A stretch of 64,000 nucleotides of DNA from Tubulanus polymorphus. Its lineage: Eukaryota; Animalia; Nemertea. The stretch covers positions 1 through 64,000 of the forward strand of contig NW_027437434.1 in assembly GCF_964204645.1 (NCBI RefSeq). Reading direction: 5' to 3'. Positions within the stretch are counted from its first letter, which is position 1. Each line of letters opens with the position of its first letter. The notes below the pieces were generated by a model. The model did no database searches, had not been told where the DNA came from, and worked only from the letters and a program-made list of their open reading frames with translations. Below are positions 14,601 to 25,133 of this stretch, piece by piece. The position numbers and the translations under genes are program-made.

Positions 14601-16570
14601 TATCATTGTACGCGACCTTTAGGCGTTAGGCCTATAGGTACTGAGCTTTACTGTATCAAACAAACCCAGTATAATTGTTGCGTTTATTAATGTACTCATT
14701 GGATTGAATTTCAAAACAAAATTTGAAATAAAATTCAGGCAAGAAATTCAATAGGCCTACAACCAATCTCTCCGGATTTTAGGCCTACGCTTACATAGGC
14801 CAACATAGACTAGTAGCGTAGCCTCTATGAGGTTAAAACTAAGTTCACTGTAAAGGAGGAATCAGATTTATTAAAATGCATGTTAATAAGTGATTAACTG
14901 GTTCTGACTTCTTAATGATCAATCACAATTATCAATTTTATTGGCAAAAATGAAGATTTAAAAAAAATATCGTTTGAGCAGACAGCTTTATAAGCCAGAC
15001 TTTTCCTTTGAATTTTTTCATCATTGATGAAACTGGTATTTCATGTCACTGCGACCGCAAGTGACGATTGCGTCGCAATGACTCATCGACCTATGCTCCC
15101 TTGCGACGGGTTGTGACTGTCAGCGATCCAGTCACAAGGAGTCGCACATGTTCTACTCTCTGTGACGTGACGCAACACGACCGTGGCAAGTGACCTACGC
15201 GCTCTTGCGATGGCAGAAACTAGTCGCACACAGTCACTGAAAATCGTGTTGCATCCAACTTGCGCCCACACTTGCGACGCAACGCGAGGAGCGCGTCGCA
15301 AGGCTGACCTACATTCAGCTTTAAGTTACTGCGGTGCCCTAGAAAGATCTTTTTTTGCGTCAGGGCAAAAGATTTTTTGTTCGAACCAATAATATTCCAT
15401 TCGATTGAACCAATTTGAAAAAATCGTTAGAACAAAGTTGTGTCAGTTCGAACAAACTTTTTTGTCCAACGAAAGATTTTTCGTTAGAACAATTGTGTAA
15501 TCGATTAAGAGTCGTTTTAATTTGAACAAAATTTTCTTGTCAGAACATTACGTTGTTTGGTCGAAACAAGTATATTGTAAAAAGTTTTTGGTTCAACCAA
15601 AAGTATATAGTATTTCGTTCAATCGAACAGAATTGTTTTCATTCAAAATTTCATTCAAACATTCGTTCGAACGAAATTGTTTTCACTCAACAAAATTTTT
15701 TGTCAGGACAAAAAGTTTTTCATTTCAACAATAACAGCTTTTTATTCGATTTTCTTGTCAGAGCGAAGAAAAGTTTTCCTTCGAACAAAAAGCGTATTGT
15801 TTGATCAAACAGAATTGTTTTCATTTGAACAAGATTTCAGAGCATTGAGTTTTTATTTGTTCGAGCAGATACATTGTTTCATCGAAGCATTTTTCGTCCC
15901 AACAAGCAAAATTTTGGTGAAACTAAATAGTCTTTTCATTTAAATAATGAGTAATCTTTATTCAAACAGAATAATCTTCTCATTCGAACATAAAGAATAA
16001 TCTGAATCTGGGTTTTCTTTGTATCCAATATCCATATCATGACTTTTAGGTTGAAGCCCATCATCCATGTTTCCGGCCATGTACGGCACACAGCTTGTTT
16101 AGGTTGGTTTTGAAATTTACTTGGTCCGGTACATTTTGGTTTACTGAGTTTGTCATTTATCAGGACAGTAAAGAGAAGATGACTTAGGATACTACCATGC
16201 GTGACTCCACTAGTTAGACGGACTTATTCCAAGATGAGGCGTTCCGTTGATTTCGGCCACCTGTTTTCATTCAGATATAACTGCTGAGCCATTTGAGCGA
16301 CCTATCATTGATAATGTTTCCTAGTGGCTTGTTTAGCAATGGCTGATATTGTACCTTATCAAAGGCTTTGTCAAAATCCATAAAGACTAATTATGACTTA
16401 CAGTCTACAGCCTTCAGTGTCAAGTAAAGCCATCTGGTCCAGTTGTCCATGGTTTCAAGTAGGTCTAATTGACTGTTTGTCGACCTTCATTTTATAAAGC
16501 TGTGTTGACCGTTGAACAGGATTCTAAAACTGTGCAGAAAACCTGTTATCGCTGCTTTGCAGCTATATTT
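11679..16570 (+). mobile_element. HINE-like family H4 composite, with a related element nested at 11731-14105
   Basis: 5' hairpins AGGGTTTTCTG..CAGAAAACCCT; two 3' ends GCAGAAA(A)CC..TTATCGCTGCT(A/T)TGCAGCTATATT at about 14072 and 16534; uninterrupted homolog begins at about 48973. Confidence 0.65.
16180..16525 (-). mobile_element. decayed LINE RT fragment (CR1/L2/jockey-group-like)
   Basis: Minus strand reads MDFDKAFDKV (the D-F-x-KAFD RT motif); surrounding frames are disrupted. Confidence 0.5.
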
Positions 16571-16967
16571 TAAAGTTTGAAATAGGATATAGCCTACAGT
16601 ACATAGAATCTGCCTGTTCAGAATCGACCGTGATATTTTCATCAGAATTCAACATTTCATTTAAAAGCTGTTAGAAATGTCAAATCTTATAGATTTTATG
16701 TAAAAATGTGGAAAATTTGCCAAAGAATAAACATCATAATTCCAATAAGGTTTTCTGCGATCTGCAGAAAACCCTAGATATTTTGCATTCAATGTTGTTG
16801 AAAAGTCTTGGGGATTTTTGTCTTCTTCGAAGATTTGGGATTTTTATCCAGTTATGAAATTAAATGCTCGTCAATATATATTGTCTTAATAAAACTTAGG
16901 TAATGATGCAAGGGGCACATTACACCATAGTGAGATTGATTGACTAGAGTTGGCTTTTTTCCCCTTT

Positions 16968-17125
16968 GGGATCATTCATTTATTACGTACGCATAAAATT
17001 TGAATATTTCATCCGCCCCTCCCCTCTGCACGCAAAATTGGTAATTTTTTCATATACATTAAGCATACGCAATTGCACTGACCCCTCCCCCTCCCCTAAT
17101 GCATACGTAATAAATGAATGACCAC
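16968..17125. mobile_element. about 157-bp MITE (Harbinger-like)
   Basis: TCATTCATTTATTACGTA inverted ends; second copy at 30210-30367. Confidence 0.65.
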
Positions 17126-17825
17126 TTCCATGTCTGATCCATTGTTTTTGATAACTTCATCCAAAATCTAGAATAGTAAATAGTAACGAGTAGTAACTAG
17201 TAATCCATGACTGATAGTGCAGCTGTCAATGAATTGGATTAGCCCCCTAGCTTGTCCACTCAATTTCATTTCAATTTAGGTGGGTAGTCCACTGACTGCC
17301 ATTCTGTTTCCCTTTAACTTTTGTCGAGATATTCATTCGATCATCTATTTGACAATTTTCAAGGCTCTGGTACACTTGACCATCACTTAGCCTACATTAC
17401 ATCTGTGCCTAAACGGTAATCCGTTCAATTGGATAAAGTGAAAATAACATTTCATTGATTTTTACGCTTCTTTAAACCATGAACTCCCAATTTCGACGAA
17501 GAAATTAATTTCCTAACAACGATTCTTGAATCCACCATATTGAATACCGGTATACAGTGTTTGTGTAATTCATTTACATAAACATTGAGTGTTGTCTCAA
17601 ACACAGCTGAGGCACAGCCACTAAAACACGGCCCCGGCCGAACATCTGGAGCACGGCTGTTTGTAACACGTGCGATAATTTTGTGTTCGCATACTTCGGT
17701 CTGGGTTGACTGTGAGGTTCGAATTTCGGTTAGGCCTATATTAGCGAAACCACTGTACTCCCTAGATTGTAATATGATATAGCCTGTGATTAATATTGTA
17801 TTATGTCATGATGTTCTCTTTACAG

Positions 17826-17856
17826 AGTATTCAAGAAAAGCAGCCCCAATGGAAAG
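17826..17856 (+). CDS. ARRB: beta-arrestin coding exon (31 bp), (R)VFKKSSPNGK
   Basis: tacAG|AGTATTCAAGAAAAGCAGCCCCAATGGAAAG|GTaag; matches the arrestin N-terminal motif RVFKKxSPNGK; phase 2 to 0. Confidence 0.93.
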
Positions 17857-18029
17857 GTAAGTTTTTGTTTCCATAAGTCTGAGGTTAACTTAGAATAAAC
17901 ATTACTCCGGGACTGTTACTGCACAGAAAAAGAACATCAATGACCATGAAATACTCCTTGTTTTTATGTGTGCTGTGGGATGTCTGCCGTACCCTTGAGA
18001 CCTTATTAACAGGACACCGCCTTTTTAGA

Positions 18030-19586
18030 TTTTTAGGCCAGCCATAGACTGAGCCTGATACTGTGCAAATGGAGCAAATTTAAATGACATGGTTTTCAGA
18101 GCTAAGGCCCTTTGACTGTGCAACTGAGCTTATATTCATACAAATTATTCATTAAAGCATTATCCATTCTCCAAATCCTAGCGAGCTGAATTTTGAAAAA
18201 AGGGCCTTGTTAGAATTTATATGAGCTTTTTCGCAAAAATCTAAACCCAAAAAATATCGGTTTAAAAAGCCAATCAGAAAGCAAAGACTCCTCTATGATT
18301 GGCTTAGCCGCTGAAATCAGCAGGTGTTCATGTGAACCTGCGGCATTTTATGCTGTTTATCTTCCGTGTTTTATTTTAAGATCTAAAATTTCAAGATATA
18401 TGTTTCAAGATCGTTTTCTTTGAAATCTGTTGTTGATTTGGTTTTTGGAAGGTATATTTTTATTTGCACCACAGAAAATATCATTGACAATGTAAAGTCC
18501 GGGAAAATACCTTTTTCTTGCAAAAACCGTAAAGTTTGCCAAGTCTCTGTTTCTAGCTAATGCATGGGCATTAGTCAGTGCTGGGAATTGCTCCAAGTTG
18601 AGAAATCAGCACAATGCGCATGCGGCACTACATGTGAACTGCATGTGAACTTTAATGACTTAACAGTCGCTGTAGTTTCCATTAGGTTCGAATCCCGTAA
18701 AAATATTGCTTGTTCATCTTATAAGGGGCGCTATCAGGTTCGAAACCCGAAAATTACTGGTCGTATTTCAAGCGTTACGACATGAACTTTGATGATCTAA
18801 TTTTCGCTTGGTTATTGTTTGCTGAATAAAAAAGTTACATCTTCCCGAATATGAAATAATGAACTTTGATAGCCCCAGGATATACTTTTAGCCTATGTGC
18901 TTTTAAGTTCGAATCCCGAATGTGTAACAGAAAAATTCATTCATCCTTTCAGCTTACAGCAAGATCACTTGAACACCTGTCATCCCCAAAAATACAAATG
19001 ATCCTCTTAAGCGACCAAACAAACTGCGCCTCCCCGCTGGGCAAAAAGTTAAAACAGGTTCATTCCGGCGTTATAGTTCTATGTTTCAGCGTTCTGACAT
19101 GACCCGAAAAAATACACATGTAGTGACGCATGCGCACGCGACCAATTTCTGGACTTGGAGGATTTCCCCAACACTTACTAATGCGCATGCGTTATAAACA
19201 GAAACTTACGGTTTTTGCCTTTTTCTTCCAATCGCATGGATGACCTTGATATGCTAATTAGCCATATATCAATCCAATTCAATTTTACTTTATTGAACCA
19301 ATAAAATATCAAATACAATTCAACTTTGTTTTATTGAGCAAATTTCAGAAAATTCTATTCCGTATTCAAATCAATAAGACCAAGGGAAAAAATTGATCTG
19401 AGGTATTTGTTCCTGCCATTGCCCTGTCTGTGCCACTTATAAAACACGATTGTACTGTGTAAATTATAGGTATCGACTCTGAGCTGGGAGTGTATTTTGG
19501 CAAATATAGTGAATGCTCAGAATGCATCATTTGCCATTTTATGAAAATCTGACAAGCTGGTCATTGCGCTCATTGGGGCTCTTGTT
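18030..19586 (+). mobile_element. HINE-like family H2, copy 1 (contains a MULE-like insert)
   Basis: 5' TTTTAGGCCAGCC..GACTGAGCC; 3' GCTGGTC...GGGGCTCTTGTT; colinear with three other copies. Confidence 0.78.
18520..19218. mobile_element. MULE/Mutator-like non-autonomous element
   Basis: About 110-bp imperfect TIRs starting GCAAAAACCGTAA; perfect 9-bp TSD CTTTTTCTT; empty site in sister H2 copies. Confidence 0.85.
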
Positions 19587-19672
19587 TGAAATATTAATGT
19601 GAGGATTTGGGGCAGATGAAATGTCCACTCCTATTGAAAATAAATGTGATCAGCCTTCAAATATGTTTAATA

Positions 19673-19940
19673 ACAGTAAACTCACTTCAGTGTTTACCAT
19701 AGAATACTCCGATCAGAACTCAATGTAGCAACTCATCAAGCTTTCATTCATGAGATTTATGTATTTATTTCGACTCGCTGAATATTGCCCGGTTGGTAGA
19801 ATATCCTTTTAGTAAGAACTTAATTACAGTAAACTCACTTCAGTGTTTACCGTAGAATACTCTGATCAGAACTCCAAGTAGCAACTCATCAAGCTTTCAT
19901 TCATGAGAATAACGTATTTATTTTGACTCGCTGAATATTG
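19673..19940. repeat. direct tandem duplication, period about 152 bp
   Basis: ACAGTAAACTCACTTCAGTGTTTACC...CTCGCTGAATATTG occurs twice. Confidence 0.85.
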
Positions 19941-20931
19941 TGAAATTATTTAGATTTTTGACATAAAATAATGAAAAATAGTTAAATTTCTAATTAAAAA
20001 ATTGAAAAAAATCTAGAAAATTCAATTTAATAAAACATTTGTTATATAAATGAACGAAGAAACCGAATTCAAATTTGAAATTAAAGAAATGGGTGGGTGT
20101 GATTTGAACAAGCGCCTCAGAGAACATAAAAATTATTCAAAAATTTCAAACCTGAGGGTGGAGTAGCTAATCACGTTTATGAAACTAGTCACAATTTTGA
20201 TTTTGATAATGCCGCTATAATCTCTCCCTGTCCCGATAAAACCAAATGTCACATTATGGAATCTGCCCTTATTATTGAAAATATGGATAAATGTGTTAAT
20301 TAGAATGACGGTTTTTCTCCTCACAATATTTTGATCTCTAAATTTTTCGCTTCACTTGTACCCCCATTATTCTTATCCCGTTTGTCCAGCTTGTTTTCTC
20401 CGTTTGACACTTCCATTCACTCCCTCCCTCCCTCACTCATTCTTTGATTATCCCTTTGATGTACTTGCCTTTTGTTTTTGTCTGATTACCCCTTAGTTTG
20501 TCTGCCTTTGAACCCTCTGGACTTTGTTTTTAGATTACTTTAATCTAGTACTACATCCCCTTAGTTTGTCGTTTGCCTTCTTTGTTTTCTTCCTTAGTGT
20601 TCCGGTTTTTGTTATTTAATTACTTTAATCTTAATCCTTTAATCTTTATCATTTGTCATATTCTTGTATGAATATACTGTTATTTGATTTTGTTCTCAGT
20701 ACGCCCGATGATGGCTAACAGTTGTCAGCTGAAACGTCGCTCCTCATATATAATCATTCTGATATAGAATTTTTCAATCTTGGCTTTGTTATTGTGGGAT
20801 TTCTCTCGCCATTTTATAATCAAATCTTGTATAGGCCTATATTAAATTGAATTTTCTAGATTATTTCCCTTTTTTGATTAGAAATTTAAGTATTTTTCAT
20901 CATTTTATGTTAAAAATCTTAATTATTTCAC
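19940..20931 (+). mobile_element. Penelope-like element remnant (GIY-YIG C-terminus, pLTR, inverted terminal duplication)
   Basis: KRLREHK...GVANHVYETSHNFDFDNAAII at about 20110-20225; hammerhead-like core at 20705-20738; about 92-bp inverted arms at 19940-20032 and 20840-20931. Confidence 0.72.
20701..20745 (+). ncRNA. degenerate minimal hammerhead ribozyme of a Penelope pLTR
   Basis: CCGATGA (consensus CUGANGA) - stem II GGCTAAC/GTCAGCT - GAAAC - GTC; located downstream of a GIY-YIG remnant. Confidence 0.5.
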
Positions 20932-21467
20932 TTTTTAGTCAAAGATTTTACTATCTGAAAATACAATTATACACTTACTGACTTATAAATGACAACAACC
21001 TGACGAATTATTGGTTTGTCAACTCACTGAGAAAAACAAACAATTAATGTCATTTAGTTTTGCTAAATATGGCCACTATATTGAATTTCATCTTAGCATG
21101 ATACATAGGTGGAATTCTTGATAGACTTTCATGAAACTAAGTGTGAGGGTTTGAGCAGGTGAGAATTCCATCCATAGGCCCTATACAAAATTGAGGTTTC
21201 TCGCCATTAAATCTCGCCGCTGGGTGGCTAACTTGAATTGAACTAACTTGAACTTTCCCTGGAGAAACATTGCCACTTTCTTATTTAGATGTTCTTATTT
21301 AGATGTTCTACTAAACTGCGTGATGTTTGAGGGTTAAAGGGTTTATTTCAATTCAGTGTCGTACCACCTCATCTAGTTCATACTGCTTTCATCATGGTTG
21401 CAATACGGGATATCGACAGATTCAAGTTCTGGAATTTCTGGTTTGATGGCGCCAGTCAGAACCGGAA

Positions 21468-21900
21468 TTCCTATATTACATTAACGACATCCCAGACAAT
21501 ATCCACTCAACAGCTAGGCTATTCGCGGATGATACATTGGTCTATCTCACTGTCTCATCCCAGCAAGAGGCAGACATACTATAACAAGATTTAAACCCAG
21601 TAGTGGAATGGGAAGACCGGTGGCTCATGGCATTTCACCCTGAAAAATGCCATGTCCTCAGCATAAAAAAGGACGAGCAACAACATACCCTTAAACACCC
21701 TTCAGACCTGGTGTCAGTCGGCAGCCTTGCAAGCTTCAAGGCTGCTCTCCCTAGTCATTAGTATTCATGGCTATTTTAATGAAAACAAAAAAAATATCCT
21801 TTAAATTTCTCCCCGATACTTATATTTATTCCTCTGCGCATACCCAAAACTGTAATATTCATCAACAAGTTGTTGCTGATAGTAAACGGAAGAAGAAGAA
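21468..21900 (+). mobile_element. short LINE 3' fragment with (GAA)n tail
   Basis: WEDRWLMAFHPEKCHVLSI (W..W.M.F...KC motif) at about 21609-21665; GAAGAAGAAGAA tail; interrupts a TIR that is continuous in the opposite arm. Confidence 0.6.
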
Positions 21901-21967
21901 GGAAATTGGAACCTAAATCCACCATGTTTCAGTTCATTTGCAATAAAAATCTCTCGCTTCAAGTTTT

Positions 21968-23276
21968 CATGGGCTTGCATGCTTGCAAGTCCATATTGCT
22001 ATCACACGGATTGATAACTTGCTTGGGGAGTCTTTCGTTAGAAATTTTCTTGGGCTCTGATATTAACACACATTTAATGCAGTAATAAAATCTAGGTTCC
22101 TTTCGTATATTGGCTATAACAGTTGTTATTTTCATTGTTTTATGATTTTGTTTAATCGTTTTTGTTATTTTAGCAGCGCATACCAACCTTGGTTGAGCGT
22201 GCGTGATCAGTCTTGAAATTGGTATTCATGCACGGCTTAGTGCTGCCGACAATTCAATTCATTCTTTATTGACACAATAAAAATTTCACAATAAAATATT
22301 TACTTTCACGTTTTTAAGAAATTCTTTTAATTTTCTTTTACTTTCATTGGGTGCTTGCGTAAGCGGCTATTTGAAAAATCTCTCTATGAACATTTATATT
22401 TTTCAGTTTAAATATCTAAAACTTAAAAACCGCTTTTTTCTAAAATAAATTCTGAATTGAATTGAAGACTGGTTCCCTGTCTCCAAAGAGCCAGGGGGCG
22501 GTAGTCTCTGGTGGCAATAAACTTTATCAACTTTATCGATGATCATAGTGGATTGTCATTTGAAGGAAATGCAACTTATTCTTGCTTAATGTCTTTATTA
22601 TTTTAAAAAGAAAAATCACGGCTCCATCTATTTTCGTGTTCGCTTCTCTTCACCTGAAGTCACTCGAGTTAGTCACTTATTCTTTCAGTCGTAAATGTTT
22701 CTATGCAAAATCATTTCAACACAATCCGATAAGTAATCTAGCAATTATCAACATGATGATAGATTCCGTTAAGACACTACAATATTCAAATAACAACTAT
22801 CCAAAAGCTTGCACTAACTTGGTCCTCGTCTACAATAAAACCATTCTGATTCCCAGTCCCCGTGTGTAACATTTCATGTAGTGATGTAAGACAACACCGA
22901 TCTCTTAGCTCTTTAAAAAGTAATCGGTTCAAAGTTCGATTAATTCTACTACAGAAATACAAAACCACCAAGCCAGCTTTCAGTACAACCATGTCAGCAA
23001 GCCCAATTTTAGAATTTCTTTTTATCACGATGCCTACACCAATTCTTGATGCATTTTTTCATGTAGTGTGATCTTTGGGCCAGCTAAAATGGGCTTTTCT
23101 TTTCATGTAAGGATATATTAACAGAAAATGAACATTATCGCCACATAGCCTATCCCTCTTAACCATTTTAAAACTTGTTATATCGTTACAATGTAAATCA
23201 TTCTGTAAAACTTTGAATACTTAATCAATCTTCTTCTACTGCGTCATGAAGGTACTAGGCCCGTGGGCCTCTTGTT
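21968..23276 (+). repeat. interspersed family A, longest copy
   Basis: Same 5' hairpin; ends GTCATGAAGGT..AGGCCCGTGGGCCTCTTGTT. Confidence 0.8.
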
Positions 23277-23697
23277 AGTTAGCGATATTTTACTTACTAT
23301 ACATCGTCACGCATAATCCTTTAAGTATGATATCCTGACAATGTGTTGAATTCGATAAAACCTCACCTCGAGCGCTAGATATCACTAGAAACGTCGGAAA
23401 TTTACCAAAAATCACAAATTTAGCGATGACGCTTGAAGCAGCTAATGGAAGTAAAGACTGGTGCCGGGTGACATCATTTCGTAAGACTCTTAAGGGGAAT
23501 TTATTGCAGGCTACACTGATAAATATGAAATAATAATATGAAATGAAATTGATTTTAGAAGGACTACACTCGTAGATTCATGATAAAAATATGAAAAGTA
23601 CCAGAACTCGAACCAATAATCGAAATCGGGCCATCAAGTGCTGCCACCATGTGATACCTGGCAACCAGTCTTTACATTGTCAGCTGTTGCAAAATTG

Positions 23698-24596
23698 TTT
23701 TTTGGCCAGCCGAAGGCTGAGCCTATTACTATACAAATGGAGTGAATTTAAATGACATGGTTTCCAGTGCAAAGGCTCTTTTACTGTGCAACTGAGCATA
23801 TATTCATACAAATCATTCATTAAAGCATTATTCATTCTCCAAACTCTACGTAGCTGAATTTTGAAAGAGGGCCTCGAGAGCTTTTTTGCGAATATCTGAT
23901 CGCAAAAATATTGGTTTTGAAAAGCCAATCAGAAAGCAAAGACTCGTCTATGATTGGCTTAGCCGCAGAAATCAGCAGGTGTTCAGGTGAACCCGCGGTA
24001 TCGTCTACTGTTTTACTTCCGAGTTTTATTTTAAGATCTAAAATTGTCATTTCAAGATCGATTTCTGTGAAATCTTTAGTTGATTTGGTTTTTGGGAGGG
24101 TTTTTTTTATAAGCACTACAGAAAATGATATTTTCTGTATCATTGACCATTGTGCAAAGTCTGGGAAAAATAGTTTTTTCTTAAATCGGATAGATGACCT
24201 TGATATGCTAATTAGCCATGTGCTCAAACTACAAATTCAATCAAATTTTATTCCGCAAAAAAATATCAAATCAAATTCAATTTTACTTTATTGAACAAAT
24301 AAAAACAAATCCAATTCTATTTTGTTTTATTCAGAAAAATTTCGGAAAATTCAATACTATTCCGCAATAAAATCAATATGATCAAGGGAAAAGATTTATC
24401 TGAGGTATTTTGTTCCTGCCAGATCCAGTCGCTGTCTGGGCTACTTTCGTATTCTACAATTGTATAGTGTAAATTATTAGGTATTGACTCTGAGCTGGCG
24501 GTGTATTTTGACAAATTTAACCCATAGAATGCATCATCATGTGCCATTTTATGAAAAGCTGACAGGCTGGCCATAGTGCCCCTTGGGGCTCTTGTT
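23698..24596 (+). mobile_element. HINE-like family H2, copy 2
   Basis: GGCCAGCC / GGCTGGCC subterminal inverted repeats plus hairpin GCCCCTTGGGGC. Confidence 0.8.
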
Positions 24597-25072
24597 GATA
24601 ATTTTAGGATATTTATAGTGATTTCTAGCCTTTGCAGTGAGGTTTTATCGTATCCAATTTAGCGGTAGGATATCATATTTAAAGGATTACGCGTGACATT
24701 GTTTACTAAGTAAAATTTCGCTCATTGAAAACTTGTAGTGAGAGATTTTCATTGCAAATGAAGTAGAACATGGCTGATTTAGGTTCCAATTTCCGGTTCT
24801 GACTAGCGCCATCAAACGAAAAATTCAAGAACTTGAATTTGTCGATATCCCGTATTGGTTGTCAATGTGTTTGTTTTTGGCTTCACACTTGCTTATTCAA
24901 AAAAGCTAGTCCAAGACTATTTAAACCTGAGATAACCGCGAAAAGACATATGCCTAAAGGTAGCCAGAGGTATCCGTTCAGATTTAAGTGGGGTTAACAC
25001 ATTCTGTATTAATGCACCCAACTGCTGACTTGCACATATTTGGAAATTTCACTCTGAAAGTTTATTTTTCAG

Positions 25073-25133
25073 ATCACTGCTTATTTGGGGAAAAGGGATT
25101 TTATTGACCATTTGACTCACATAGACCCTATAG
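25073..25133 (+). CDS. ARRB: beta-arrestin coding exon (61 bp), ITAYLGKRDFIDHLTHIDPI(D)
   Basis: ttttcAG acceptor and GTaagt donor; YLGKRDF(I/V)DH arrestin motif; phase 0 to 1. Confidence 0.95.

Larger units (their letters stand above)
21401..24857. mobile_element. long-TIR (foldback-like) element interrupted by three insertions
   Basis: About 250-bp inverted arms (21401-21467 + 21901-21967 + 23277-23390 vs 24610-24857); GTTG on both sides. Confidence 0.68.

Noticed and set aside
23680-24574. Overlapping ORFs up to 131 aa
   Set aside because: Inside H2 repeat copies; frames are not preserved among the four copies
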